Shown here one piece after another: positions 37,584 through 47,926 of a stretch of 64,000 nt of DNA. The stretch is taken from contig JAXHUR010000005.1 in NCBI GenBank assembly GCA_034189505.1, positions 456-64,455 of the forward strand. The letters are read 5' to 3'. Origin of the DNA: Thermodesulfobacteriota bacterium. Its GTDB lineage: Bacteria > Desulfobacterota > Desulfuromonadia > Desulfuromonadales > Geoalkalibacteraceae. Under the pieces are notes generated by a model, which had not been told where the DNA came from, ran no database searches, and saw nothing but the letters and a program-made list of their open reading frames with translations. Position numbers and translations under genes: made by a program. Position 1 is the first letter of the stretch, and each line of letters starts with the position of its first letter.

Positions 37584-39689
37584 TTAACCACCACTGCCGA
37601 GGGCGCCGCCGAAATTGGCAATACGGCCGAGCCCCGATAAAGAGAAGGTCACCAGAAATTCCGTATCCTCCAGGCGGTCGCGCAAAGTGAAAAACATGCT
37701 CCAGCACTGCGCGCGATATTCCACATCGAGAACCTTCTCCAGATCTCTGCCCGCAACCAGATCATAACGATGCAGATAGCGTAGATGAACAGGATCCAGC
37801 AAAGAGGTGCGGAGTTCTCCCTGCACATACTCCTGGTCGTCGCGCAGATAGTGGTAGCCGGCGGAAACGCCATTGCCCCTCCCATCATCCGCCCCGAGTT
37901 CGAGACGCATATCGGCAACCTTCATCGAATCTCCCGCCGCGGTTTCAAAATCATAGCGGCTGTCGAGGTTCACATAGCTCCAGCGGGTGGGGCGCAACAG
38001 AACCTCCGTCCGCAGGGCGGAAAAAGGTCTGAAGTTATCCCGAGGGTTGAGGGGATCCTTGCGCGACTCGACGAAATCGTATTCCTGCGACAGGCGGAAA
38101 TAAAGAAATTCGTGATAAAAAGCGGCTCCATCCTGCGGTTCAATGCGGGCGGTCAGGCGATTGGTCAGGCCGTATGAAATACGATGGACGCGGGCAAGAC
38201 GGTCGCCGCGATCGAAATAAGGCAGGTCATCCTCACCATGACGAGGCACATAGGTATAGGTGACTTCCGGTGAAATGATATGCTGGATTTTGCTGACATT
38301 TCCCGGGCCACCCCTAAAAACACGGGAGAAGGAGGAACTCATGCGCACGCCCAGGTCGAAAACGCCCTTCTGCTCCCAGCGGGATCCACTTTCGCCGTCG
38401 GAATCTTCATCGGCGTAATAAAACCGCTGGGTAAACCCTATTTCAGGCGAAACCTCAAGAAACCCAAGCTGAAAAGGGGCTGACAACGCGGGGCGCACAA
38501 ACAGGCGCTGACCGCTTTGACCTTCCTCACGGTAGAAGTGATCATAGGTCGCATCCAGCCGGGTGAAAAAGGAGGTATCGCCAACGCGCCGGAGCAAAGA
38601 AGTGAAATGGATCTGGGGGAGGCGCTGCAGAGTACGATCGGTATCCCGGTCAAGGTTGTTGAGGTGTTTAAACTGTGCGGTCAGGTTGCGATTTCCCCAG
38701 GCACGGCTGAGAAAAATTTTCGACTCGGTCTTATCCTTGTTGTATTCACCAGCGACCTCCCCAAAGCGGGAGAAATAATCATCGTCGTCGACATATTCCA
38801 CCGCCGCCACACTGCGGATTTTCCCCGGCAGCCACCCTTGGTTCCGCCAGTCGATGGCCAGCGCATTTCCCTCTTCACCAAAGCCGCTGACATGATAAAT
38901 TTTCGCCTCCCCCTCCTGGCGGCGAAACGCGTAGCGGTACTCCAATCCTTTACCGATACCGAGGTCGCTGAAGTAATCCAGATAAAAGGTCATGTCCTGA
39001 TTCTGGGCCAAAACCTGATAGTAGGCGTTCGAGAGTTGCCAGCCACGGTCATTGGAATAACCGTAACGAGGCATCAGCAGGCCGGATTGGCGTTCGGTCT
39101 GGACAGGATAAAGAAAATAAGGGGTGTAGAAAATGGGAATATTTTTTAGATAGAACCGGGCATTGCGGCCACGGGCAAATTTACCGCGTGTCACTTCAAG
39201 GTCGCTGACGCGGAATTTCCAGGCGGGGTTTTTGCCGTCGCAAGTGGTAAACTCGCCCTGTTCGATACGATAATCCACCGAGCTCAGCCGCTCGATGGAA
39301 TCCCCGGTCACATGAAGATTGCGATCCCGCAGAAAAATGGTCCCGTAGGAGAGGCGCCCCCCTCCGGTATCCAGTTCCAGAGATAGCTCTTCGCCCGCCA
39401 TCTCACCCCTGGGGTCAAGCAGACGCACGTCGCCGCGGGCCCTGGCTTTGCCTGTCTCGGGATGCCACCACACCTCGTCGGCAAACAAGGTCATCTGTCC
39501 TTGTCGCAGAACAACCTCGCCAACCGCCCGGTATTCGCCGCTCTGCTGGTCATATTCGAGCTGGTCGGCGTCGAGATGGACCGGCTGGTCTTCATCAAGG
39601 GAAGATCCCGCCGCTACAGAAAAACCCGCAATCACGGGAAAAAGAAGCCACAGCAGTATAAGAAGAAAAATACGGCGAAACAATCTCAC
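37584..39689 (-). CDS. lptD: LPS-assembly outer-membrane protein LptD
   Basis: 701 aa with a signal peptide, an OstA-like N-terminal domain and a large aromatic-rich beta-barrel region. GTG start overlaps the folC stop (GTGA). Confidence 0.85.
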   Translation of the reverse strand: MRLFRRIFLLILLWLLFPVIAGFSVAAGSSLDEDQPVHLDADQLEYDQQSGEYRAVGEVVLRQGQMTLFADEVWWHPETGKARARGDVRLLDPRGEMAGEELSLELDTGGGRLSYGTIFLRDRNLHVTGDSIERLSSVDYRIEQGEFTTCDGKNPAWKFRVSDLEVTRGKFARGRNARFYLKNIPIFYTPYFLYPVQTERQSGLLMPRYGYSNDRGWQLSNAYYQVLAQNQDMTFYLDYFSDLGIGKGLEYRYAFRRQEGEAKIYHVSGFGEEGNALAIDWRNQGWLPGKIRSVAAVEYVDDDDYFSRFGEVAGEYNKDKTESKIFLSRAWGNRNLTAQFKHLNNLDRDTDRTLQRLPQIHFTSLLRRVGDTSFFTRLDATYDHFYREEGQSGQRLFVRPALSAPFQLGFLEVSPEIGFTQRFYYADEDSDGESGSRWEQKGVFDLGVRMSSSFSRVFRGGPGNVSKIQHIISPEVTYTYVPRHGEDDLPYFDRGDRLARVHRISYGLTNRLTARIEPQDGAAFYHEFLYFRLSQEYDFVESRKDPLNPRDNFRPFSALRTEVLLRPTRWSYVNLDSRYDFETAAGDSMKVADMRLELGADDGRGNGVSAGYHYLRDDQEYVQGELRTSLLDPVHLRYLHRYDLVAGRDLEKVLDVEYRAQCWSMFFTLRDRLEDTEFLVTFSLSGLGRIANFGGALGSGG

Positions 39690-40957
39690 GACAGAACTTC
39701 CTTTTCAGGCAGCAAAAGCTCACGAAGTTCAGCAACCAGGTACAGAGAGCCGGCGACTATGGCCAGAGGCGCCTCGGGCCAACTGCGACATAGATTCTCC
39801 AATGCCTGCGATGGAGAACCGCATACGACGGCGCGACACTTTCTGCCGCGGAGAAAATCGGCGATATCTGCGGCATCAACCGCCTTCTCGACGGCTGGCT
39901 CAGCCACATAGGCTTCGGCGATATAGGGCAGCCATGGCGTCAACACATCTTCGGGGGAACGCAGTCCGCTCAGCCCGATCGCCCAGGGCAGAGGGCCATA
40001 ATGACGGTCCACCAAAAACGAGGCCAGAGCGCGGGCACCGGCCGGATTGTGCGCTCCATCCAGCAGAATCGGGGGCGTGCCGGGAACAAATTCAAGCCTC
40101 CCCGGCCACTGCACCCCTTCGATCCCCTTGCGCACCACGTCCCTGTCAAAGCCAGAGACTCGAGGATGCAGCAACTCAAGGGCTGCCAGGGCAAGGGAGA
40201 GATTATCATACTGGTGACGGCCGGCCAAGCGCGGGCGCAGCCCTTCCAAAGTCATCGCCCGACCCTGATAATCAAAACCATCATCTCTCGCAACCACCCT
40301 GAAGTCGCGCTCCGCCACAAATAACGGAGCCTGCAGTTGTGCGGCTACCGCTTCGATCACAGCGAGAGCATCAGGCTCCTGGCGGCCCACCACGACCGGA
40401 ACACCGGGTTTAATGATTCCTGCCTTCTCACGCGCTATACTCTCAAGTGTTTGCCCCAGATGCTCGGCGTGGTCGACAGAGACGGGAGTAATGATGGAGA
40501 GAGCCGAAGTTACGGCATTCGTAGCATCGAGGCGTCCCCCCATACCGACCTCCAGCACAGCCCAATCGACCTGCCGGAGCTGAAAGTAACGCAATGCAAG
40601 AGCCGTTGTAAATTCAAAAAAGGTCGCCGGCACTCCCCGGCCCAGTCGGCTCAGCTCCTGTACAAGGTCGACCACGTCCAGTTCAGCAACAGGTCGACCG
40701 TCAACCTGGATGCGTTCAGTGAAACTGTGTAGATGGGGGGAGGTGTAGAGGCCGGTGCGCGCGCCGGTTTCCGTTAAAGTACGGGCCAGCGCCGCACAGA
40801 CCGACCCCTTGCCGTTGGTTCCGGCAACGTGAATGGCAGGGAAGGAGTGCTCGGGGTGATGAAGCCGGGCGAGCAGTTGCCGGATATTGTCCAGCCCCAG
40901 TTTGACACCGAAACGCTGCAGGCTGTAAAGATAATCGAGCGCCTCGTTATACGACAA
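39686..40957 (-). CDS. folC: Bifunctional folylpolyglutamate synthase / dihydrofolate synthase
   Basis: Mur-ligase P-loop VAGTNGKGS. 423 aa. TTG start 40957 lies 3 nt after the accD stop. Confidence 0.88.
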   Translation of the reverse strand: MSYNEALDYLYSLQRFGVKLGLDNIRQLLARLHHPEHSFPAIHVAGTNGKGSVCAALARTLTETGARTGLYTSPHLHSFTERIQVDGRPVAELDVVDLVQELSRLGRGVPATFFEFTTALALRYFQLRQVDWAVLEVGMGGRLDATNAVTSALSIITPVSVDHAEHLGQTLESIAREKAGIIKPGVPVVVGRQEPDALAVIEAVAAQLQAPLFVAERDFRVVARDDGFDYQGRAMTLEGLRPRLAGRHQYDNLSLALAALELLHPRVSGFDRDVVRKGIEGVQWPGRLEFVPGTPPILLDGAHNPAGARALASFLVDRHYGPLPWAIGLSGLRSPEDVLTPWLPYIAEAYVAEPAVEKAVDAADIADFLRGRKCRAVVCGSPSQALENLCRSWPEAPLAIVAGSLYLVAELRELLLPEKEVLS

Positions 40958-40960
40958 GAG

Positions 40961-41809
40961 TCAGCTCTTGGTCAGAATACGCAGAACCTGGGACAGGCGC
41001 GCTTTCATCTCCTGGCGGCGCACGATCATATCGACCATCCCGTGCTCGAGCAGATACTCGGAGCGCTGAAACCCTTCCGGCAGTTTCTGCCGAATTGTCT
41101 GCTCTATGACTCGAGGGCCTGCAAATCCGATCAAAGCCCGGGGCTCGGCAATGTTAAGGTCACCAAGCATCGCGAAACTCGCAGTGACCCCGCCGGTGGT
41201 CGGATCGGTGAGAACAGAGATGAAAGGCAGCCCCGCCGCCTTGAGCTTGGCCAGCGCGGCACTGGTTTTTGCCATCTGCATCAGCGAAAGAATGCTCTCC
41301 TGCATGCGTGCTCCGCCGGAGGAGCTGAAAATCAGTACCGGCGTGCGATCCGCAAGGCCGCGTTCAATGACCCGGGTAATCTTTTCCCCGACCACCGAGC
41401 CCATGCTGCCGCCCATGAACCCGAAATCGAACACCGCCACAGCCACCGGCAGCGCTTCAATAGCGCCGGTGCCGCAGACGACGGCATCGCTCATGCCGGT
41501 ATTCTTCATGGTGGTCTTGATCCGGTCCTTGTACTTTTTCGAATCCTTAAAGTCGAGAAAGTCGGTGGAATGCATGCCAGCGTCCATTTCGTGGAACGAA
41601 TCCGCGTCGAGGATAAGTTCGATACGCTCGCGGGCGCTGATCCGGAAATGGTAATCGCATTTCGGGCAGACATTATGATTGCGCTCGATCTCTTTGGTGT
41701 AAATGATCTCGCTGCAGTTCTTGCATTTAGTCCAGATCCCCTCCGGCATCTTCACCTGCTTCTGCTCCACCGGCGCGATAGGCGCTTTCTGCTTTTTAAA
41801 CCAAGACAT
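40961..41809 (-). CDS. accD: Acetyl-CoA carboxylase carboxyltransferase beta subunit
   Basis: N-terminal zinc ribbon CKNC...CPKC followed by a carboxyltransferase domain ([11 protein letters not shown]...SGGARMQE). Confidence 0.92.
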   Translation of the reverse strand: MSWFKKQKAPIAPVEQKQVKMPEGIWTKCKNCSEIIYTKEIERNHNVCPKCDYHFRISARERIELILDADSFHEMDAGMHSTDFLDFKDSKKYKDRIKTTMKNTGMSDAVVCGTGAIEALPVAVAVFDFGFMGGSMGSVVGEKITRVIERGLADRTPVLIFSSSGGARMQESILSLMQMAKTSAALAKLKAAGLPFISVLTDPTTGGVTASFAMLGDLNIAEPRALIGFAGPRVIEQTIRQKLPEGFQRSEYLLEHGMVDMIVRRQEMKARLSQVLRILTKS

Positions 41810-41898
41810 GAATTTATCCTTATGAAAGGCCGAAAATCCGCAGCAAAACGGCTCCCCTGAAATTTATTTCCTCTTCACGGGGTCGCAGCCCCTGATTG

Positions 41899-42696
41899 TT
41901 AACTGAGCAGCCCCCGCTTCAAGGCCTGCACAAATTCAGCGACACGGGGCACCAATTCTGAACTGCCGCCATGTTCTGCAATCACCTTCACCAGGGCGCT
42001 CCCCACCACAACAGCATCGGCAAAGGCACCTATTTCGGCCGCCGCCTCAGGGGAATCAATGCCGAATCCGACAGCAACAGGCACAGGGCTTTGCGCTTTC
42101 AAGGCGCCAACCGCTGCACGAATACCTTCGGGATCCGCACGGCGGCTGCCGGTCACACCTGTCATGGAGACATAATAAAGAAAGCCTTCAGCATTGCAGG
42201 CCAGCCTCGCCATTCTTTCCGGAGGCGTGGTCGGTGCGATCAGCTGAATCAGATCGATCCCGGCCTGCTTGAAGTCCGGATGCAGTTCCTCCCGCTCCTC
42301 GGCGGGTAGATCAACCAGCAGCACGCCATCGACGCCAGCCCGGCTGGCTTCAATGGCAAACTCCCGGATTCCGAATACAAAGACCGGATTGAAATATCCC
42401 ATCAACACTATGGGGATATCGCTTTCGGCTCGAAAACGCGCTACTATTTCAAGGATGCCCCGCAGACTCGCCCCCCCAGCCAACGCCCGTTCACTGGCTT
42501 TCTGAATGGTAGGCCCATCCGCCATCGGATCCGAGAAAGGCACGCCGAGTTCGATGATGTCCGCTCCCGCCACTGCCAGCGTTCTGAGCAGTTCCTCAGT
42601 CGACCCCAGATCAGGGTCACCGGCAGTGAGAAAGGGAATCAAGCCTGTCTCGCCACGCTTCTTTAAATTTTGAAAGGTTCGGGAGATTCGTCCCAT
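41899..42696 (-). CDS. trpA: Tryptophan synthase alpha chain
   Basis: LIPFLTAGDPDL...ELGVPFSDPMADGPTIQ motifs. 265 aa. Confidence 0.92.
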   Translation of the reverse strand: MGRISRTFQNLKKRGETGLIPFLTAGDPDLGSTEELLRTLAVAGADIIELGVPFSDPMADGPTIQKASERALAGGASLRGILEIVARFRAESDIPIVLMGYFNPVFVFGIREFAIEASRAGVDGVLLVDLPAEEREELHPDFKQAGIDLIQLIAPTTPPERMARLACNAEGFLYYVSMTGVTGSRRADPEGIRAAVGALKAQSPVPVAVGFGIDSPEAAAEIGAFADAVVVGSALVKVIAEHGGSSELVPRVAEFVQALKRGLLS

Positions 42697-42755
42697 GTCA
42701 CATCTCGATAGTAAATTTCAATTGTTATAAGAAAAATGTACTTTGTTTGCAACCA

Positions 42756-43274
42756 TCATCTTGCCCCATCCACGTCCACTGTCACCAGGCGGTCGCGCAT
42801 GGCCTCAAGCACCTGACGATGATAGGATTCAAAATTCTGCCGTCCCGTCAGGCGCGCGAGAAAAGCCTGCGGCCCACGGATGGTGCTGCTCAAAGTCACT
42901 TCGGTACCGTGCTGGTGAGCGGAAAGTCTTAAACCGGTGCGTGTGCTGCTTCCGAGAACACCGTCGCGAATCCAGCTCAGCTGCTTATGCCTCACGATCG
43001 ATTCTATCGTGGCCGGCAGTGCTTCGGCGTCCCCTTGCAGGGTCAATTCAAAACGCGCACCCGCCTGCAGCCTGGGGACCACGCGGGCGGCCTCAACGCC
43101 TGGCCACCATTGCGGCCATGCGGATACGGCCGCCAGAAAATCCCAGGTCTGCTCAAGAGGCGTTTCAATGATGATGGAATCCTCCACCGAAAAAACAGAC
43201 TGACTGGTAGTCGCCATCATGACACCGAAGGCAATCAACGTCAGGGTCAAAAGTGCAGCGAGTTTTTTCAGCAT
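42756..43274 (-). CDS. Secreted SRPBCC-superfamily (polyketide cyclase/START-like) protein
   Basis: Signal peptide MLKKLAALLTLTLIAFGVMMA followed by an SRPBCC-like core (W.FL..V..WP.WWPGV). ATG 43274 with GAGGGAAG SD. Confidence 0.6.
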   Translation of the reverse strand: MLKKLAALLTLTLIAFGVMMATTSQSVFSVEDSIIIETPLEQTWDFLAAVSAWPQWWPGVEAARVVPRLQAGARFELTLQGDAEALPATIESIVRHKQLSWIRDGVLGSSTRTGLRLSAHQHGTEVTLSSTIRGPQAFLARLTGRQNFESYHRQVLEAMRDRLVTVDVDGAR

Positions 43275-43331
43275 TGCATCTTCCCTCGCCCCCAAAAGAC
43301 CTTAAAGACCCACAGGTAAAGGCTCTACCTC

Positions 43332-44612
43332 TCAAGATCCTGCCGGTTTGCTCCCTTCGGGCTTACGCCGCGACGGCCGCCGACGCCGGGAGGTCTTCTT
43401 TTTTTCCGCGCCGCTGGTTTTCTTTTCCGGCACCGGAGCCTTCTTGCGCGGATGGGGTCGTTTATAATCCCAGATAAAATCGTTTTCACCGGGGATGCAG
43501 CTCGGAACTTTGCGCCCGATGTATTCTTCAATATCCGGCAGATGCAGGACCAGGTTTTCATCCGCCAGAGAAAATGCCTTACCCTTAGCACCGGCGCGGG
43601 CAGTCCGTCCGATCCGGTGAACATAGTCTTCCGGGTCCTCCGGCAGGTCGTAGTTGATGACGTGACTGACATCGTCAATATGAATTCCACGCGAAGCGAC
43701 GTCAGTCGCCACCAGCGCCCGCAGGCGTCCCTGCTTGAAATCATCAAGGATGCGAATCCGCTTCTTCTGCGGGATATCGCCCGAGAGAACGGCGGCCTTG
43801 AAATTATTCACCTTGAGACGCTCGGTCAGATGTTCAGCTTCTTTCTTGGTGTTGACAAAAATCATGATTCGATCGGCATTCTCTTCCTGCGCCAGCAGCC
43901 CGAGCAGCAGCGGAAACTTCTCCCGGCGCGACACATGAAACAAGAGCTGCTCGACCAACTCGGCCGTAACCTGTTCCGGCTCGACCTCAACCTGCTCTGC
44001 CACATTCATGAATTCGTAGGCCAGCTCCCGTACCCGATGGGACATCGTGGCGGAAAAGAGCATGGTCTGCCGCTGGCTAAAAGGAGGAAGCCGGCGCAGG
44101 ATAAAGCGCAAATCGCGAATGAAGCCCATATCGAACATGCGGTCGGCCTCGTCGATCACCAGAAATTCGATATGGTTGAAACTGAAAACCTTCTGTTTGG
44201 CATAATCGATCAGACGCCCCGGAGTCGCCACGATCACATCGACACCGCTGCGCAGTGCGTCGCGCTGTTTCTGATAATCAACCCCGCCGAATATCGGCTG
44301 CACCTTAAAAGGGCAGTGCGCTCCCAGGGCTTGAGCGTCGTCGTGAATCTGCGCGACAAGCTCGCGGGTCGGCGCAAGAATGAGCGCTCGCGGATGAGAG
44401 CCGGTCTTGCGAGGATTGCGCAACATGCGGGTAAAGAGAGAAATGAGAAAAGCCGCCGTTTTGCCGGTGCCTGTCTGGGCTTTGCCGGTCACGTCGTGAC
44501 CGGCCAGCGCCAACGGAATCGACTCCTCCTGAACAGGAGTCAGGTCGGTGAATCCCACCGCCTCGATCCCTTGACGGACTTCGGCCGGCAGATCTAGTTC
44601 AGTAAATTTCAT
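43332..44612 (-). CDS. DEAD-box ATP-dependent RNA helicase (RhlE-like) with basic C-terminal tail
   Basis: Q motif plus AQTGTGKT, DEAD, SAT and HRIGRTARAG motifs. Lys/Arg-rich C-terminus. Confidence 0.92.
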   Translation of the reverse strand: MKFTELDLPAEVRQGIEAVGFTDLTPVQEESIPLALAGHDVTGKAQTGTGKTAAFLISLFTRMLRNPRKTGSHPRALILAPTRELVAQIHDDAQALGAHCPFKVQPIFGGVDYQKQRDALRSGVDVIVATPGRLIDYAKQKVFSFNHIEFLVIDEADRMFDMGFIRDLRFILRRLPPFSQRQTMLFSATMSHRVRELAYEFMNVAEQVEVEPEQVTAELVEQLLFHVSRREKFPLLLGLLAQEENADRIMIFVNTKKEAEHLTERLKVNNFKAAVLSGDIPQKKRIRILDDFKQGRLRALVATDVASRGIHIDDVSHVINYDLPEDPEDYVHRIGRTARAGAKGKAFSLADENLVLHLPDIEEYIGRKVPSCIPGENDFIWDYKRPHPRKKAPVPEKKTSGAEKKKTSRRRRPSRRKPEGSKPAGS

Positions 44613-44663
44613 GGATTTCCTTTTTGTGCCTCTCGCTGTTCAGCGAAGGGCGTGATTAAAAGA

Positions 44664-45857
44664 CTAGAGATCCACGCCCATCGCCTCGGCAACGGTATGA
44701 ATATCCTTGTCGCCCCGCCCCGAAAGGCAGAGAACGATGATTTTTTGTGGTGACAGCTTCGGCGCAATCTTCATCACATGCGCCACGGCATGAGCACTCT
44801 CCAGAGCCGGAATGATGCCTTCAAGGCGGGTCAGTTGCTCAAATGCCTGCAAAGATTCCTCATCCGTGACCGAAACGTACTCGGCCCTGCCGATTTCATG
44901 CAAGTGGGCGTGCTCGGGCCCCACTCCGGGGTAGTCAAGCCCGGCGGAAATAGAATGCGCATTGATAATCTGACCGTCATCATCCTGGAGCAGGAAGGTT
45001 TTATTGCCGTGCAGCACCCCGACCCGCCCGGCGCCGATGGAGGCAGCGTGCTTTCCGCTGTCAATCCCGTATCCGGCGGCCTCGACGCCAATCAGGCGGA
45101 CATCGCGGTCCTGAAGAAAGGGGTAGAACATCCCCATCGCATTGGAACCGCCGCCGATGCAGGCCACCGCAACATCCGGAAGGCGCCCCTCGCACTCCAG
45201 AATCTGGCTTTTGGTTTCTTCACCGATGACGGCCTGAAAATCACGCACCATCTGAGGATAGGGATGGGGGCCCGCGACGGTGCCGATGACGTAGAAGGTA
45301 TCGCGCACATGGGTCACCCAGTAGCGAAGCGCCTCGTTCATGGCGTCTTTGAGCGTTGCACTGCCGCCCGTCACTTCATGAACCTTGGCCCCCAGAAGCT
45401 TCATGCGAAACACGTTGAGGGCCTGACGGCGAATATCCTCCTTGCCCATGAAAATTTCACATTCCAACCCGAACAGGGCAGCCACCGTCGCGGTCGCGAC
45501 ACCATGCTGCCCGGCGCCGGTTTCGGCGATAACCCGTTTTTTTCCCATGCGGCGTGCCAGCAGAATCTGCCCCACCGTGTTGTTCACCTTGTGGGCGCCG
45601 GTATGGTTGAGATCTTCACGCTTGAGATAGATGCGGGCGCCCCCCAGATGTTCGGAGAGGCGGCGGGCGTGATAAAGCGGCGTAGGCCGCCCCACGTAGT
45701 GGGTCAGATAATCGCGGAATTCTTCCTGGAATGCTGGATCCTGACAGGCTTCGCCGTAGGCCAGCTCGAGCTCAATCAGCGCGGGCATAAGCGTTTCGGC
45801 CACATAGCGCCCACCGAACTGACCGAAATGACCTCGCTCATCAGGCATTTTACTCAT
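44664..45857 (-). CDS. trpB: Tryptophan synthase beta chain (canonical TrpB1)
   Basis: PLP-lysine motif HTGAHKVNN and GGGSNAMG loop. 397 aa. TAATG overlap with trpF. Confidence 0.95.
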   Translation of the reverse strand: MSKMPDERGHFGQFGGRYVAETLMPALIELELAYGEACQDPAFQEEFRDYLTHYVGRPTPLYHARRLSEHLGGARIYLKREDLNHTGAHKVNNTVGQILLARRMGKKRVIAETGAGQHGVATATVAALFGLECEIFMGKEDIRRQALNVFRMKLLGAKVHEVTGGSATLKDAMNEALRYWVTHVRDTFYVIGTVAGPHPYPQMVRDFQAVIGEETKSQILECEGRLPDVAVACIGGGSNAMGMFYPFLQDRDVRLIGVEAAGYGIDSGKHAASIGAGRVGVLHGNKTFLLQDDDGQIINAHSISAGLDYPGVGPEHAHLHEIGRAEYVSVTDEESLQAFEQLTRLEGIIPALESAHAVAHVMKIAPKLSPQKIIVLCLSGRGDKDIHTVAEAMGVDL

Positions 45858-46504
45858 TAATCAGACCTCGTTTGATTGACATTGCGAATAAACGCTTCGA
45901 CCTTGAGTGGATCCTTCTTGCCTGGAGCACTCTCAACCCCGCTGGAGACATCAACAGCAAAGGGGTGAACAACGGAGATAGCCTCACCGACGTTGTCAGG
46001 ATTAAGCCCCCCCGCCAGAATAACAGAACGGACCCGCGCAGCATCTGCCGCCAGATCCCAGTTGCAGCATTGTCCGGTTCCGCCGTAACTGTTGGGTACC
46101 CAGGCATCGAGCAGGACAGCGCAGTCGGAGAAACGCTCCACCATCGGCAACGAAGAGGATTCTCGCAAGCGCAGGGCCTTGATCACCCGCCGCCCGGCGA
46201 TACGGCACTGCCCGGGTTCTTCATCGCCGTGCATTTGAATCATATCCAGTGAACACATTTGTGCAATGCGTTCAATGCGTGCGGGCTCCTCGTTGACGAA
46301 TAAACCCACCGTTGAAACAAAGGGGGGCAGGCGCCGGACGATTTCACCGGCTTCTTCCGGTGCAATGCAGCGCGGGCTGCGATCATAAAAGACAAAGCCG
46401 AGGGCGTCCGCACCGCAGCGCGCCGCGTGCAAGCCATCCTCAACAGAGGTGATGCCGCAGATCTTGACACGTACCCTTGCTTCATTGCACCCGCTCACCC
46501 GCAC
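45857..46504 (-). CDS. trpF: Phosphoribosylanthranilate isomerase
   Basis: VKICGIT...GADALGFVF...LLDA...GGTG...LAGGL motifs. The exact start (ATG 46504 or an internal GTG) is uncertain. Confidence 0.88.
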   Translation of the reverse strand: MRVSGCNEARVRVKICGITSVEDGLHAARCGADALGFVFYDRSPRCIAPEEAGEIVRRLPPFVSTVGLFVNEEPARIERIAQMCSLDMIQMHGDEEPGQCRIAGRRVIKALRLRESSSLPMVERFSDCAVLLDAWVPNSYGGTGQCCNWDLAADAARVRSVILAGGLNPDNVGEAISVVHPFAVDVSSGVESAPGKKDPLKVEAFIRNVNQTRSD

Positions 46505-46510
46505 ACCACC

Positions 46511-47113
46511 TTAACCGACTTTGGGCAGATTGGCCAGGGATGAGCGGATCAGCTCTTCGGGATAAGCGTAATCTTCGAGCCGCCCGGCCAGGTAGTCTTG
46601 GTAGGCCGCCATATCGAAATTTCCATGGCCGGACAAGCACAACGGGATGGTGCGCTCGTGTCCTTCTTCTCGGGCACGCACCGCTTCATCCACCGCCCCG
46701 TTGATGGCATGAGACGACTCAGGTGCCGGCACAATCCCTTCATCCAGCAGCTGGCTGACCAGGGCGCTGTCGCCAGGGTAGCGCAGGCTACCGGCATGAA
46801 TGCCGGGCGGTACGAAATCATGCTCGAGGGTATACATTTTGGTGATAGGGATCACATCCGCGCCCCACATCTCCATCAGATTCTTCCGGTAGGGCTTCCG
46901 GGTGAAACTGACCCGGACCATATAGACCGCCGTTTCAGTCCCGAAGAAGGAGTTGGCCAGTGCCACCGAGCAGCCAGAAATCAGATCTTCAGGGGCGGCC
47001 GGGGCCCCCGTGCGCGGATTGATGGCCGGCGCCAGTGATCCGCGCATATCGGGAATCACGTTGTACCAGGCCATGGGAATCTGATCGTCCCTTAAAACAA
47101 CTTGGGTCTGCAT
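46511..47113 (-). pseudogene. In-frame, internally deleted relic of a TrpB2 (TrpB-like PLP enzyme) gene
   Basis: The 200-aa ORF contains four separated TrpB2-like blocks: IPMAWYNVIPD...PEDL; ALANSFFG..VYMVRVSF..KPYRKNLMEMWGADV; KMYTLEHDFVPPGIHAGSLRY; PAPESSHAI...LSGHGNFDMAAYQDYL. It lacks the PLP-lysine region and the GGGSN loop. Full-length family members are about 450 aa. Confidence 0.7.
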
Positions 47114-47114
47114 T

Positions 47115-47912
47115 TCAAACCTTCTCCTTCACTGCACCCAGCAGGCTTTGCAGTTTTGTCGCGATATCGTTGCACCGCATAAGGCTCTCGCCCACCAGAA
47201 ACGCGTCGGCACCTGCTAGCTGCAACCGTTCGATGTCGGCACGGCTGTTGATGCCGCTCTCGGAAACGATCAGGCGCCCCGGCTGCACCTGGGGAAGCAG
47301 GCGTTCGGTCACGGACAGATCCGTAACGAAAGTGGACAGGTTGCGGTTGTTGATGCCGATCAACGGGGCAGATGTTGCCAGCGCCCGCTCCAGTTCAGAC
47401 TCATCGTGAACCTCAAGGAGCACATCGAGGCCGATTTCCAGGGCCTGCTCGCTGAATTCACTCAGGCGCGAATCGTTCAGAGCTGCCGCGATCAGCAGGA
47501 CCGCATCCGCCCCCGCATTACGCGCTTCGTAAAGCTGGTAGGCATCGATGACAAAATCCTTGCGTAAGAGCGGCAGTTGCACCGCAGCGCGAATCAGGGA
47601 GAGATAAGCCAGATCCCCCAGGAAGAAATCACGGTCCGTCAGAACCGACAGACAGGCGGCGCCGGCGCGCTCATAGATCCGGGCAATGGCAAGGGGGTCA
47701 AAATCGGCTCGGATCACCCCTTTGGACGGCGAACCTTTTTTTACCTCGGCGATGATGGCAGTTTGCTCGCGCGCCTTGTCGGCAAGGGCGGCCGCAAAAG
47801 AGCGCGCCGGCTCCTGTTCGGCCACACGCCTTTTCTGCTCGATCAGCGGCACGCGGCTGCATGCCTCGGCAACCTCTTCCCGCTTGCGTTTCAGTATACG
47901 GTCAAGTATCAC
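47115..47912 (-). CDS. trpC: Indole-3-glycerol phosphate synthase
   Basis: IAEVKKGSPSKG, LRKDF and INNRNL motifs. 265 aa. Confidence 0.93.
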   Translation of the reverse strand: MILDRILKRKREEVAEACSRVPLIEQKRRVAEQEPARSFAAALADKAREQTAIIAEVKKGSPSKGVIRADFDPLAIARIYERAGAACLSVLTDRDFFLGDLAYLSLIRAAVQLPLLRKDFVIDAYQLYEARNAGADAVLLIAAALNDSRLSEFSEQALEIGLDVLLEVHDESELERALATSAPLIGINNRNLSTFVTDLSVTERLLPQVQPGRLIVSESGINSRADIERLQLAGADAFLVGESLMRCNDIATKLQSLLGAVKEKV

Positions 47913-47926
47913 AAAAAACCTTTCTT

